A DNA stretch of 64,000 bases from contig CM082578.2 in the NCBI GenBank assembly GCA_040954595.2, positions 2,276,831 through 2,340,830 of the forward strand. Direction: 5' to 3'. Source of the DNA: Balanoglossus misakiensis (Eukaryota; Animalia; Hemichordata). A program made the position numbers and the translations under genes. The notes under the pieces were generated by a model, which was not told where the DNA came from, made no database searches, and saw only the letters and a program-made list of their open reading frames with translations. Shown in pieces: positions 13,559 to 27,223 of this stretch. Every line of letters begins with the position of its first letter. Position 1 is the stretch's first letter.

Positions 13559-14275
13559 AAACACTGCTTGAATTTCTACAATTATTAAGCAAACGGAAGC
13601 TTCACTAACACATAGGCGTACACACAGAGCACGCGGCACGATAATTGTGTGCGTGGCCAGCTGATTGACCGACCCTATCTTATAATTTATATGGGAGAGA
13701 GCGGTTTTGTCTTGTTATATCCTACAAAAAGTGACCATATTAAAGTGGAGAAATAATGACCTGATAATTTGTGTGGCCGATCGACCGTCCCTATCTAAGG
13801 CCTATATTGGTATGTTATGCAAGACACACTATTCGAAATAACGCCTGTCCGACAGTCCGAGACTGGTTGTTTTTCCATCAGACTGATAGTAAAAAAGTTA
13901 CCAGTCCGGCGGACAGGTTGAATTTAGCGTGGAGTTGACTTGTTTGCGGTATCATAGACGTACGTGACCCCATCGTGACCCTGGCTGTCCGGGATAGCAC
14001 CACCAACGATATCTTTTAGACCATCCTCTGTTTATTAGGCCCCTATTGCAATTAATTACCGTCCCTATCTTATATTGGAGGGAACGGGTTTGTCTTGGCA
14101 TGTTATGCAAAACACTTGAAAGATGAATTTTTTTTAAATGACGTTTATGACATACAGATGTAACCGACCCCATAAGGTCCCAATGGTATATATTTACATC
14201 ATACACCAAATTGGACTTAAAAACCAAAAATTGAAAGCCGCTGGAGTTTCTGCGACTATGAACTCAACGTAAGCT

Positions 14276-17128
14276 TTAAGACTTTTCTACCAAAATACAA
14301 GAAGTATTGCTGGTCCAAACAAGCTTCCCAAGTTTAACATTCAATTTTCTGATGCTGTGTTTGACTTGATTGTAATCACAGAAACTTGGTTGCACACCTC
14401 GGTTAACTGCAGTGAACTCCTAAACAATCAGTACTCTATTTTTCGTCGCGATCGTGATGCATCGACCAGTTGCAAGTCCCGTGGTGGTGGAGTACTCATC
14501 GCAGTCAGATCGGATATAGAAGCTCGTCAGTGCTCTGATGTAGATTCTAATGCTAACATTGAAATTATATGGATCCAACTTAATCTTTTAAACACCAATC
14601 TGTATCTAGGTGTTGTTTATATGCCGCCAAACTCCAACCTTCAGTCATATAACATTCTAGACGATAGTATTGACCGTATAAGTCATCTTTGTACGCCTAA
14701 TGACTCCATTCTGCTGCTTGGTGACTTCAATCTACCAGATATCTCTTGGGTTCCTGATGTGGAGTTGGACCACTTTGTTCCTAGTGCATGGTCCTCTGCT
14801 TCTTCTGAGAGATTTATTGATACTCTTAACGAACACAATCTGCTCCAAGTAAACGGTCATCCCACCTGTAATGGTCATACACTTGACCTGGTTTGTTCAA
14901 GCTTCACCAAGATTTCCGTTTCAGTAAGTGAATCTGTTATTCCATCTGACCATCTTCCACTCGAATGTGACATTAATCTGGCTGCTCCAAAGCGGGTTTC
15001 TTACCCTGATCTTTGGGTCTACAACTATAAGAATGCGGACTTCGACCACTTAAAAACCAATATTTCCTCACTCCCTTGGACTGCACTTCTAAACAGCTCC
15101 AACATCGACGATGATGCTGAACTTTTCTATGACCTCCTACAATCGGCTATAGACGACACAATTCCTAAAGTCCGCATAAAAAGAAGAAAGTTCCCCCTGT
15201 GGTTTGACGCCGATCTAATCTCCCTTGTAAGGGAGAAGGAAATCGCGAGACGCCAGTATAAACGCACTCAGACTCGTTCCGACTACTCTGTCTTCTCGCG
15301 TCTGCGTGCTCAACTTAACCTAGCCAAGGACGTACGTTATCGGGAATATCTCTCAGATGTCCAGGCCTCCATCCACGAAAACAGCAAACGTTTTTGGGGT
15401 TATGCGAAATCCAAGCGTAAATTGACTCTGAACTCTTTTAACTTTGAACTTAACGGCAAGCAGTCTAACTCAGGCTCCGAAGCTGCTCAACTTTTTGCCG
15501 ATTTTTTTGCCTCTGTTTTCACTGAAAACAATGACCCTAATTTACCTGAGCTTAATTATCCTTGCTTTGGGCAACTCTCACATGTCAATATCAGTACCCA
15601 GAGTATTGAGAAAGCCATCGCATCTCTTGACTTGAACAAAGCCAGTGGCCCGGATGGTTTATCCGCCCGTGTCATTAAACACTGTTCAGATGTTATTGTT
15701 GTCCCCCTCCAGATTTTATTCCAAAAATCAATTTATCTGGGACAGTTTCCTACCAAGTACAAACAGGCCAATGTTGTCCCCATTTTTAAATCTGGTCGCC
15801 AATCCTTTGTTGAGAATTACCGCCCCATCTCCTTGTTGCCTCTTTTTGCTAAGATTTTCGAAGCTGTTATTGTCCCTCATATCTACCAGCATGTTCGACC
15901 AAATATATCCATTTATCAGCATGGATTTGTTAAAAATAGATCTACCACAACAAACTTAGTGGCTTACACTGATTTCATTTCAGCTTCATTGAACGACAAA
16001 GAACAGGTAGATTCAATCTACACTGATTTTAGCAAGGCGTTTGACAGTGTCTGTCACACACTACTGCTGTACAAAGCCGCCAAATTTGGTATATGTGGCA
16101 ATTTGCACAGCTGGCTGGCGTCGTATCTCCATCTCAGACAACAGAGGGTGGTGTTTGGCAGTCACTCGTCAAACAGCTTCACTGCTACATCGGGGGTCCC
16201 ACAAGGTTCACTCTTGGGGCCACTACTTTTTGTAATGTATATAAATGATATATCACTGTTAGATATTTCTGCAAAGCTCAGCATGTATGCCGACGATGCT
16301 AAGATTTACCGTACCATCACCTCCTCCGCTGATTGTGACTTGTTACAGAAAGACCTTGATAAATTTGCTCTCTGGTGTGACAACTGGAAGTTGTCACCTA
16401 ATATCAATAAATGCAAATTCATCAGTTTCACCCTAAAGAAAAGGGTTATTTCATCTACTGACTACTCTATCAATGGCACTCCCCTTCAACGTGTTTCTGT
16501 AATCAAGGACTTGGGCATATACCTTACTTCTAATCTCAATTATTCTTTTCACATAAATAACACAGTATCCAGAGCCTTCAAATCTCTGGGTTTTATTAAG
16601 CGCCTCTGCCAGCCTTTTAATGACATGTCCGCAATTATTTCTCTATATTTTGTTTATGTAAGATCTATTCTAGAGTATGGCTCTGTTGTGTGGTCACCCC
16701 ACCAACAGGGCCTGTCAGACAAGATTGAGCGGGTACAAATTAAGTTTGTGAAGTACATTTGTTGCAAACTCAATATTCACTGCAGCAGGTCCAGCTACCC
16801 TATTTATTGTAGATTACTGAATATCCCAATGTTATATAACAGAAGATTCACCCTTGACATGTGTTTTTTATACAAAATTATCCACTCACAGTATGATTCA
16901 CCTGGTATTTTAAATCAAATATGTTTTTATGCCCCTAGTAGAAATTTACGCAAGAAACCCTTTTTTAAACCCGACTTGTGCTCCGTTAATTGTAGAAAAT
17001 TCTCGACAATGCTCAGATGCATGTCTGCTTTTAATGAGATTTCTTCTAAATGTAATATTGATATTTTTACTACGCTCCATAGTTTTAAATCTATTTTATC
17101 CAGTCATTTTAATGGTACTGTTCCTTGA
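14276..17128 (+). CDS. LINE ORF2: apurinic-like endonuclease + reverse transcriptase (open frame, no ATG at 5' junction)
   Basis: Frame is open from the junction (LRLFYQNTRS). APE motifs ITETWL, RGGGVLI, LLGDFN, TLDL, SDH. RT motifs NYRPISLL, YTDFSKAFD, GVPQGSLLGPLLF, YADD. Confidence 0.9.
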   Translation, partial: LRLFYQNTRSIAGPNKLPKFNIQFSDAVFDLIVITETWLHTSVNCSELLNNQYSIFRRDRDASTSCKSRGGGVLIAVRSDIEARQCSDVDSNANIEIIWIQLNLLNTNLYLGVVYMPPNSNLQSYNILDDSIDRISHLCTPNDSILLLGDFNLPDISWVPDVELDHFVPSAWSSASSERFIDTLNEHNLLQVNGHPTCNGHTLDLVCSSFTKISVSVSESVIPSDHLPLECDINLAAPKRVSYPDLWVYNYKNADFDHLKTNISSLPWTALLNSSNIDDDAELFYDLLQSAIDDTIPKVRIKRRKFPLWFDADLISLVREKEIARRQYKRTQTRSDYSVFSRLRAQLNLAKDVRYREYLSDVQASIHENSKRFWGYAKSKRKLTLNSFNFELNGKQSNSGSEAAQLFADFFASVFTENNDPNLPELNYPCFGQLSHVNISTQSIEKAIASLDLNKASGPDGLSARVIKHCSDVIVVPLQILFQKSIYLGQFPTKYKQANVVPIFKSGRQSFVENYRPISLLPLFAKIFEAVIVPHIYQHVRPNISIYQHGFVKNRSTTTNLVAYTDFISASLNDKEQVDSIYTDFSKAFDSVCHTLLLYKAAKFGICGNLHSWLASYLHLRQQRVVFGSHSSNSFTATSGVPQGSLLGPLLFVMYINDISLLDISAKLSMYADDAKIYRTITSSADCDLLQKDLDKFALWCDNWKLSPNINKCKFISFTLKKRVISSTDYSINGTPLQRVSVIKDLGIYLTSNLNYSFHINNTVSRAFKSLGFIKRLCQPFNDMSAIISLYFVYVRSILEYGSVVWSPHQQGLSDKIERVQIKFVKYICCKLNIHCSRSSYPIYCRLLNIPMLYNRRFTLDMCFLYKIIHSQYDSPGILNQICFYAPSRNLRKKPFFKPDLCSVNCRKFSTMLRCMSAFNEISSKCNIDIFTTLHSFKSILSSHFNGTVP

Positions 17129-17290
17129 TTTATATTTATATTTTACGTGACATGTGTTACTTTTTTCGGTGTCTTGTTTATCAGTTAGTTTTTGTTTTGT
17201 GATTTAATTGTTTTTATTGTTTCCCAGATCTGTAAGTGGGTTTGCCCGTTGATCTGTGTAATAAATAAATATATAAAAAAAAAAAAAAAA
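14276..17290 (+). mobile_element. CR1-group non-LTR retrotransposon, copy 1, truncated at the start of ORF2
   Basis: 7-bp TSD GTAAGCT (14269-14275, 17291-17297). AT-rich/poly(A) tail. APE endonuclease + RT ORF. Confidence 0.93.
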
Positions 17291-17522
17291 GTAAGCTGGA
17301 CACTACTCACTCCGAGCCCGACCTGGTAATTTGTATGTTGTCCATCGAGCGCCTATAGCTTAGACCTATACAGGAGAGAACGGTTTATGAAGTTATGTTC
17401 AACAAAAATATATGATCATGGAATTAAAGAATTTGGAGAAAAAAAATATAATTAAAAATGGACGTTTACGACGACAAAAAGGAAGACTGTTTAATGCAAA
17501 AGTTAAGAAAAAGGAAAAATTC

Positions 17523-17642
17523 AAGCCTACGGCACGTGGTATTCCCAGGCGGTCACCCATCCAAGTACTAACCACGCCCAACGCAGCTTAACTTCGGTGA
17601 TCGGACGAGAACCGGTGTATTCGACGTGGTATGGCCGTAGGC
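17523..17642 (-). rRNA. 5S rRNA
   Basis: Matches consensus. Confidence 0.97.
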
Positions 17643-18587
17643 AAACACTGCTTGAATTTCTACAATTATTAAGCAAACGGAAGCTTCACTAACACATAGG
17701 CGTACACACAGAGCACGCGGCACGATAATTGTGTGCGTGGCCAGCTGATTGACCGACCCTATCTTATAATTTATATGGGAGAGAGCGGTTTTGTCTTGTT
17801 ATATCCTACAAAAAGTGACCATATTAAAGTGGAGAAATAATGACCTGATAATTTGTGTGGCCGATCGACCGTCCCTATCTAAGGCCTATATTGGCATGTT
17901 ATGCAAGACACACTATTCGAAATAACGCCTGTCCGACAGTCCGAGACTGGTTGTTTTTCCATCAGACTGATAGTAAAAAAGTTACCAGTCCGGCGGACAG
18001 GTTGAATTTAGCGTGGAGTTGACTTGTTTGCGGTATCATAGACGTACGTGACCCCATCGTGACCCTGGCTGTCCGGGATAGCACCACCAATGATATCTTT
18101 TAGACCATCCTCTGTTTATTAGGCCCCTATTGCAATTAATTACCGTCCCTATCTTATATTGGAGGGCACGGGTTTGTCTTGGCATGTTATGCAAAACACT
18201 TGAAAGATGAATTTTTTTTTTAAATGACGTTTATGACATACAGATGTAACCGACCCCATAAGGTCCCAATGGTATATATTTACATCATACACCAAATTGG
18301 ACTTAAAAACAAAAAATTGAAAGCCGCTGGAGTTTCTGCGACTATGAACTCAACGTAAGCTGGACACTACTCACTCCGAGCCCGACCTGGTAATTTGTAT
18401 GTTGTCCATCGAGCGCCTATAGCTTAGACCTATACAGGAGAGAACGGTTTATGAAGTGATGTTCAACAAAAATATATGATCATGGAATTAAAGAATTTGG
18501 AGAAAAAAAAATATAATTAAAAATGGACGTTTACGACGACAAAAAGGAAGACTGTTTAATGCAAAAGTTAAGAAAAAGGAAAAATTC

Positions 18588-18707
18588 AAGCCTACGGCAC
18601 GTGGTATTCCCAGGCGGTCACCCATCCAAGTACTAACCACGCCCAACGCAGCTTAACTTCGGTGATCGGACGAGAACCGGTGTATTCGACGTGGTATGGC
18701 CGTAGGC
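18588..18707 (-). rRNA. 5S rRNA
   Basis: Matches consensus. Confidence 0.97.
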
Positions 18708-19653
18708 AAACACTGCTTGAATTTCTACAATTATTAAGCAAACGGAAGCTTCACTAACACATAGGCGTACACACAGAGCACGCGGCACGATTATTGTGTG
18801 CGTGGCCAGCTGATTGACCGACCCTATCTTATAATTTATATGGGAGAGAGCGGTTTTGTCTTGTTATATCCTACAAAAAGTGACCATATTAAAGTGGAGA
18901 AATAATGACCTGATAATTTGTGTGGCCGATCGACCGTCCCTATCTAAGGCCTATATTGGTATGTTATGCAAGACACACTATTCGAAATAACGCCTGTCCG
19001 ACAGTCCGAGACTGGTTGTTTTTCCATCAGACTGATAGTAAAAAAGTTACCAGTCCGGCGGACAGGTTGAATTTAGCGTGGAGTTGACTTGTTTGCGGTA
19101 TCATAGACGTACGTGACCCCATCGTGACCCTGGCTGTCCGGGATAGCACCACCAACGATATCTTTTAGACCATCCTCTGTTTATTAGGCCCCTATTGCAA
19201 TTAATTACCGTCCCTATCTTATATTGGAGGGCACGGGTTTGTCTTGGCATGTTATGCAAAACACTTGAAAGATGAATTTTTTTTTTTAAATGACGTTTAT
19301 GACATACAGATGTAACCGACCCCATAAGGTCCCAATGGTATATATTTACATCATACACCAAATTGGACTTAAAAACCAAAAATTGAAAGCCGCTGGAGTT
19401 TCTGCGACTATGAACTCAACGTAAGCTGGACACTACTCACTCCAAGCCCGACCTGGTAATTTGTATGTTGTCCATCGAGCGCCTATAGCTTAGACCTATA
19501 CAGGAGAGAACGGTTTATGAAGTTATGTTCAACAAAAATATATGATCATGGAATTAAAGAATTTGGAGAAAAAAAAATATAATTAAAAATGGACGTTTAC
19601 GACGACAAAAAGGAAGACTGTTTAATGCAAAAGTTAAGAAAAAGGAAAAATTC

Positions 19654-19773
19654 AAGCCTACGGCACGTGGTATTCCCAGGCGGTCACCCATCCAAGTACT
19701 AACCACGCCCAACGCAGCTTAACTTCGGTGATCGGACGAGAACCGGTGTATTCGACGTGGTATGGCCGTAGGC
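19654..19773 (-). rRNA. 5S rRNA
   Basis: Matches consensus. Confidence 0.97.
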
Positions 19774-20716
19774 AAACACTGCTTGAATTTGTACAATTAT
19801 TAAGTAAACGGAAGCTTCACTAACACATAGGCGTACACACAGAGCACGCGGCACGATAATTGTGTGCGTGGCCAGCTGATTGACCGACCCTATCTTATAA
19901 TTTATATGGGAGAGAGCGGTTTTGTCTTGTTATATCCTACAAAAAGTGACCATATTAAAGTGGAGAAATAATGACCTGATAATTTGTGTGGCCGATCTAC
20001 CGTCCCTATCTAAGGCCTATATTGGTATGTTATGCAAGACACACTATTCGAAATAACGCCTGTCCGACAGTCCGAGACTGGTTGTTTTTCCATCAGACTG
20101 ATAGTAAAAAAGTTACCAGTCCGGCGGACAGGTTGAATTTAGCGTGGAGTTGACTTGTTTGCGGTATCATAGACGTACGTGACCCCATCGTGACCCTGGC
20201 TGTCCGGGATAGCACCACCAACGATATCTTTTAGACCATCCTCTGTTTATTAGGCCCCTATTGCAATTAATTACCGTCCCTATCTTATATTGGAGGGCAC
20301 GGGTTTGTCTTGGCATGTTATGCAAAACACTTGAAAGATGAATTTTTTTTTAAATGACGTTTATGACATACAGATGTAACCGACCCCATAAGGTCCCAAT
20401 GGTATATATTTACATCATACACCAAATTGGACTTAAAAACCAAAAATTGAAAGCCGCTGGAGTTTCTGCGACTATGAACTCAACGTAAGCTGGACACTAC
20501 TCACTCCGAGCCCGACCTGGTAATTTGTATGTTGTCCATCGAGCGCCTATAGCTTAGACCTATACAGGAGAGAACGGTTTATGAAGTTATGTTCAACAAA
20601 AATATATGATCATGGAATTAAAGAATTTGGAGAAAAAAAATATAATTAAAAATGGACGTTTACGACGACAAAAAGGAAGACTGTTTAATGCAAAAGTTAA
20701 GAAAAATGAAAAATTC

Positions 20717-20836
20717 AAGCCTACGGCACGTGGTATTCCCAGGCGGTCACCCATCCAAGTACTAACCACGCCCAACGCAGCTTAACTTCGGTGATCGGAC
20801 GAGAACCGGTGTATTCGACGTGGTATGGCCGTAGGC
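20717..20836 (-). rRNA. 5S rRNA
   Basis: Matches consensus. Confidence 0.97.
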
Positions 20837-21786
20837 AAACACTGCTTGAATTTCTACAATTATTAAGCAAACGGAAGCTTCACTAACACATAGGCGTACA
20901 CACAGAGCACGCGGCACGATAATTGTGTGCGTGGCCAGCTGATTGACCGACCCTATCTTATAATTTATATGGGAGAGAGCGGTTTTGTCTTGTTATATCC
21001 TACAAAAAGTGACCATATTAAAGTGGAGAAATAATGACCTGATAATTTGTGTGGCCGATCGACCGTCCCTATCTAAGGCCTATATTGGTATGTTATGCAA
21101 GACACACTATTCGAAATAACGCCTGTCCGACAGTCCGAGACTGGTTGTTTCTCCATCAGACTGATAGTAAAAAAGTTACCAGTCCGGCGGACAGGTTGAA
21201 TTTAGCGTGGAGTTGACTTGTTTGCGGTATCATAGACGTACGTGACCCCATCGTGACCCTGGCTGTCCGGGATAGCACCACCAACGATATCTTTTAGACC
21301 ATCCTCTGTTTATTAGGCCCCTATTGCAATTAATTACCGTCCCTATCTTATATTGGAGGGCACGGGTTTGTCTTGGCATGTTATGCAAAACACTTGAAAG
21401 ATGATTTTTTTTTTTTAAATGACGTTTATGACATACAGATGTAACCGACCCCATAAGGTCCCAATGGTATATATTTACATCATACACCAAATTGGACTTA
21501 AAAACCAAAAATTGAAAGCCGCTGGAGTTTCTGCGACTATGAACTCAACGTAAGCTGGACACTACTCACTCCGAGCCCGACCTGGTAATTTGTATGTTGT
21601 CCATCGAGCGCCTATAGCTTAGACCTATACAGGAGAGAACGGTTTATGAAGTTATGTTCAACAAAAATATATGATCATGGAATTAAAGAATTTGGAGAAA
21701 AAAAATATAATTAAAAATGGACGTTTACGACGACAAAAAGGAAGACTGTTTAATGCAAAAGTTAAGAAAAATGAAAAGAAAAATTC

Positions 21787-21906
21787 AAGCCTACGGCACG
21801 TGGTATTCCCAGGCGGTCACCCATCCAAGTACTAACCACGCCCAACGCAGCTTAACTTCGGTGATCGGACGAGAACCGGTGTATTCGACGTGGTATGGCC
21901 GTAGGC
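21787..21906 (-). rRNA. 5S rRNA
   Basis: Matches consensus. Small insertion in the downstream terminator region. Confidence 0.97.
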
Positions 21907-22849
21907 AAACACTGCTTGAATTTCTACAATTATTAAGCAAACGGAAGCTTCACTGACACATAGGCGTACACACAGAGCACGCAGCACGATAATTGTGTGC
22001 GTGGCCAGCTGATTGACCGACCCTATCTTATAATTTATATGGGAGAGAGCGGTTTTGTCTTGTTATATCCTACAAAAAGTGACCATATTAAAGTGGAGAA
22101 ATAATGACCTGATAATTTGTGTGGCCGATCGACCGTCCCTATCTAAGGCCTATTGGTATGTTATGCAAGACACACTATTCGTAATAACGCCTGTCCGACA
22201 GTCCGAGACTGGTTGTTTTTCCATCAGACTGATAGTAAAAAAGTTACCAGTCCGGCGGACAGGTTGAATTTAGCGTGGAGTTGACTTGTTTGCGGTATCA
22301 TAGACGTACGTGACCCCATCGTGACCCTGGCTGTCCGGGATAGCACCACCAACGATATCTTTTAGACCATCCTCTGTTTATTAGGCCCCTATTGCAATTA
22401 ATTACCGTCCCTATCTTATATTGGAGGGAACGGGTTTGTCTTGGCATGTTATGCAAAACATTTGAAAGATGAATTTTTTTTTTTAAATGACGTTTATGAC
22501 ATATAGATGTAACCGACCCCATAAGGTCCCAATGGTATATATTTACATCATGCACCAAATTGGACTTAAAAACCAAAAATTGAAAGCCGCTGGAGTTTCT
22601 GCGACTATGAACTCAACGTAAGCTGGACACTACTCACTCCGAGCCCGACCTGGTAATTTGTATGTTGTCCATCGAGCGCCTATAGCTTAGACCTATACAG
22701 GAGAGAACGGTTTATGAAGTTATGTTCAACAAAAATATATGATCATGGAATTAAAGAATTTGGAGAAAAAAAATATAATTAAAAATGGACGTTTACGACG
22801 ACAAAAAGGAAGACTGTTTAATGCAAAAGTTAAGAAAAAGGAAAAATTC

Positions 22850-22969
22850 AAGCCTACGGCACGTGGTATTCCCAGGCGGTCACCCATCCAAGTACTAACC
22901 ACGCCCAACGCAGCTTAACTTCGGTGATCGGACGAGAACCGGTGTATTCGACGTGGTATGGCCGTAGGC
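22850..22969 (-). rRNA. 5S rRNA
   Basis: Matches consensus. Confidence 0.97.
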
Positions 22970-23913
22970 AAACACTGCTTGAATTTCTACAATTATTAAG
23001 CAAACGGAAGCTTCACTGACACATAGGCGTACACACAGAGCACGCGGCACGATAATTGTGTGCGTGGCCAGCTGATTGACCGACCCTATCTTATAATTTA
23101 TATGGGAGAGAGCGGTTTTGTCTTGTTATATCCTACAAAAAGTGACCATATTAAAGTGGAGAAATAATGACCTGATAATTTGTGTGGCCGATCGACCGTC
23201 CCTATCTAAGGCCTATATTGGTATGTTATGCAAGACACACTATTCGAAATAACGCCTGTCCGACAGTCCGAGACTGGTTGTTTTTCCATCATACTGATAG
23301 TAAAAAAGTTACCAGTCCGGCGGACAGGTTGAATTTAGCGTGGAGTTGACTTGTTTGCGGTATCATAGACGTACGTGACCCCATCGTGACCCTGGCTGTC
23401 CGGGATAGCACCACCAACGATATCTTTTAGACCATCCTCTGTTTATTAGGCCCCTATTGCAATTAATTACCGTCCCTATCTTATATTGGAGGGCACGGGT
23501 TTGTCTTGGCATGTTATGCAAAACACTTGAAAGATGAATTTTTTTTTTAAATGACGTTTATGACATACAGATGTAACCGACCCCATAAGGTCCCAATGGT
23601 ATATATTTACATCATACACCAAATTGGACTTAAAAACCAAAAATTGAAAGCCGCTGGAGTTTCTGCGACTATGAACTCAACGTAAGCTGGACACTACTCA
23701 CTCCGAGCCCGACCTGGTAATTTGTATGTTGTCCATCGAGCGCCTATAGCTTAGACCTATACAGGAGAGAACGGTTTATGAAGTTATGTTCAACAAAAAT
23801 ATATGATCATAGAATTAAAGAATTTGGAGAAAAAAAATATAATTAAAAATGGACGTTTACGACGACAAAAAGGAAGACTGTTTAATGCAAAAGTTAAGAA
23901 AAAGGAAAAATTC

Positions 23914-24033
23914 AAGCCTACGGCACGTGGTATTCCCAGGCGGTCACCCATCCAAGTACTAACCACGCCCAACGCAGCTTAACTTCGGTGATCGGACGAG
24001 AACCGGTGTATTCGACGTGGTATGGCCGTAGGC
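23914..24033 (-). rRNA. 5S rRNA
   Basis: Matches consensus. Confidence 0.97.
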
Positions 24034-24978
24034 AAACACTGCTTGAATTTCTGCAATTATTAAGCAAACGGAAGCTTCACTAACACATAGGCGTACACAC
24101 AGAGCACGCGGCACGATAATTGTGTGCGTGGCCAGCTGATTGACCGACCCGATCTTATAATTTATATGGGAGAGAGCGGTTTTGTCTTGTTATATCCTAC
24201 AAAAAGTGACCATATTAAAGTGGAGAAATAATGACCTGATAATTTGTGTGGCCGATCGACCGTCCCTATCTAAGGCCTATATTGGTATGTTATGCAAGAC
24301 ACACTATTCGAAATAACGCCTGTCCGACAGTCCGAGACTGGTTGTTTTTCCATCAGACTGATAGTAAAAAAGTTACCAGTCCGGCGGACAGGTTGAATTT
24401 AGCGTGGAGTTGACTTGTTTGCGGTATCATAGACGTACGTGACCCCATCGTGACCCTGGCTGTCCGGGATAGCACCACCAACGATATCTTTTAGACCATC
24501 CTCTGTTTATTAGGCCCCTATTGCAATTAATTACCGTCCCTATCTTATATTGGAGGGCACGGGTTTGTCTTGGCATGTTATGCAAAACACTTGAAAGATG
24601 AATTTTTTTTTTTAAATGACGTTTATGACATACAGATGTAACCGACCCCATAAGGTCCCAATGGTATATATTTACATCATACACCAAATTGGACTTAAAA
24701 ACCAAAAATTGAAAGCCGCTGGAGTTTCTGCGACTATGAACTCAACGTAAGCTGGACACTACTCACTCCGAGCCCGACCTGGTAATTTGTATGTTGTCCA
24801 TCGAGCGCCTATAGCTTAGACCTATACAGGAGAGAACGGTTTATGAAGTTATGTTCAACAAAAATATATGATCATGGAATTAAAGAATTTGGAGAAAAAA
24901 AATATAATTAAAAATGGACGTTTACGACGACAAAAAGGAAGACTGTTTAATGCAAAAGTTAAGAAAAAGGAAACATTC

Positions 24979-25098
24979 AAGCCTACGGCACGTGGTATTC
25001 CCAGGCGGTCACCCATCCAAGTACTAACCACGCCCAACGCAGCTTAACTTCGGTGATCGGACGAGAACCGGTGTATTCGACGTGGTATGGCCGTAGGC
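24979..25098 (-). rRNA. 5S rRNA
   Basis: Matches consensus. First terminator T-run interrupted (aaacatt). Confidence 0.97.
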
Positions 25099-26040
25099 AA
25101 ACACTGCTTGAATTTCTACAATTATTAAGCAAACGGAAGCTTCACTAACACATAGGCGTACACACAGAGCACGCGGCACGATAATTGTGTGCGTGGCCAG
25201 CTGATTGACCGACCCTATCTTATAATTTATATGGGAGAGAGCGGTTTTGTCTTGTTATATCCTACAAAAAGTGACCATATTAAAGTGGAGAAATAATGAC
25301 CTGATAATTTGTGTGGCCGATCGACCGTCCCTATCTAAGGCCTATATTGGTATGTTATGCAAGACACACTATTCGAAATAACGCCTGTCCGACAGTCCGA
25401 GACTGGTTGTTTTTCCATCAGACTGATAGTAAAAAAGTTACCAGTCCGGCGGACAGGTTGAATTTAGCGTGGAGTTGACTTGTTTGCGGTATCATAGACG
25501 TACGTGACCCCATCGTGACCCTGGCTGTCCGGGATAGCACCACCAACGATATCTTTTAGACCATCCTCTGTTTATTAGGCCCCTATTGCAATTAATTACC
25601 GTCCCTATCTTATATTGGAGGGCACGGGTTTGTCTTGGCATGTTATGCAAAACACTTGAAAGATGAATTTTTTTTAAATGACGTTTATGACATACAGATG
25701 TAACCGACCCCATAAGGTCCCAATGGTATATATTTACATCATACACCAAATTGGACTTAAAAACCAAAAATTGAAAGCCGCTGGAGTTTCTGCGACTATG
25801 AACTCAACGTAAGCTGGACACTACTCACTCCGAGCCCGACCTGGTAATTTGTATGTTGTCCATCGAGCGCCTATAGCTTAGACCTATACAGGAGAGAACG
25901 GTTTATGAAGTTATGTTCAACAAAAATATATGATCATGGAATTAAAGAATTTGGAGAAAAAAAATATAATTAAAAATGGACGTTTACGACGACAAAAAGG
26001 AAGACTGTTTAATGCAAAAGTTAAGAAAAAGGAAAAATTC

Positions 26041-26160
26041 AAGCCTACGGCACGTGGTATTCCCAGGCGGTCACCCATCCAAGTACTAACCACGCCCAAC
26101 GCAGCTTAACTTCGGTGATCGGACGAGAACCGGTGTATTCGACGTGGTATGGCCGTAGGC
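26041..26160 (-). rRNA. 5S rRNA
   Basis: Matches consensus. Confidence 0.97.
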
Positions 26161-27103
26161 AAACACTGCTTGAATTTCTACAATTATTAAGCAAACGGAA
26201 GCTTCACTAACACATAGGCGTACACACAGAGCACGCGGCACGATAATTGTGTGCGTGGCCAGCTGATTGACCGACCCTATCTTATAATTTATATGGGAGA
26301 GAGCGGTTTTGTCTTGTTATATCCTACAAAAAGTGACCATATTAAAGTGGAGAAATAATGACCTGATAATTTGTGTGGCCGATCGACCGTCCCTATCTAA
26401 GGCCTATATTGGTATGTTATGCAAGACACACTATTCGAAATAACGCCTGTCCGACAGTCCGAGACTGGTTGTTTTTCCATCAGACTGATAGTAAAAAAGT
26501 TACCAGTCCGGCGGACAGGTTGAATTTAGCGTGGAGTTGACTTGTTTGCGGTATCATAGACGTACGTGACCCCATCGTGACCCTGGCTGTCCGGGATAGC
26601 ACCACCAACGATATCTTTTAGACCATCCTCTGTTTATTAGGCCCCTATTGCAATTAATTACCGTCCCTATCTTATATTGGAGGGCACGGGTTTGTCTTGG
26701 CATGTTATGCAAAACACTTGAAAGATGATTTTTTTTTTAAATGACGTTTATGACATACAGATGTAACCGACCCCATAAGGTCCCAATGGTATATATTTAC
26801 ATCATACACCAAATTGGACTTAAAAACCAAAAATTGAAAGCCGCTGGAGTTTCTGCGACTATGAACTCAACGTAAGCTGGACACTACTCACTCCGAGCCC
26901 GACCTGGTAATTTGTATGTTGTCCATCGAGCGCCTATAGCTTAGACCTATACAGGAGAGAACGGTTTATGAAGTTATGTTCAACAAAAATATATGATCAT
27001 GGAATTAAAGAATTTGGAGAAAAAAAATATAATTAAAAATGGACGTTTACGACGACAAAAAGGAAGACTGTTTAATGCAAAAGTTAAGAAAAAGGAAAAA
27101 TTC

Positions 27104-27223
27104 AAGCCTACGGCACGTGGTATTCCCAGGCGGTCACCCATCCAAGTACTAACCACGCCCAACGCAGCTTAACTTCGGTGATCGGACGAGAACCGGTGTA
27201 TTCGACGTGGTATGGCCGTAGGC
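27104..27223 (-). rRNA. 5S rRNA
   Basis: Matches consensus. Confidence 0.97.
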
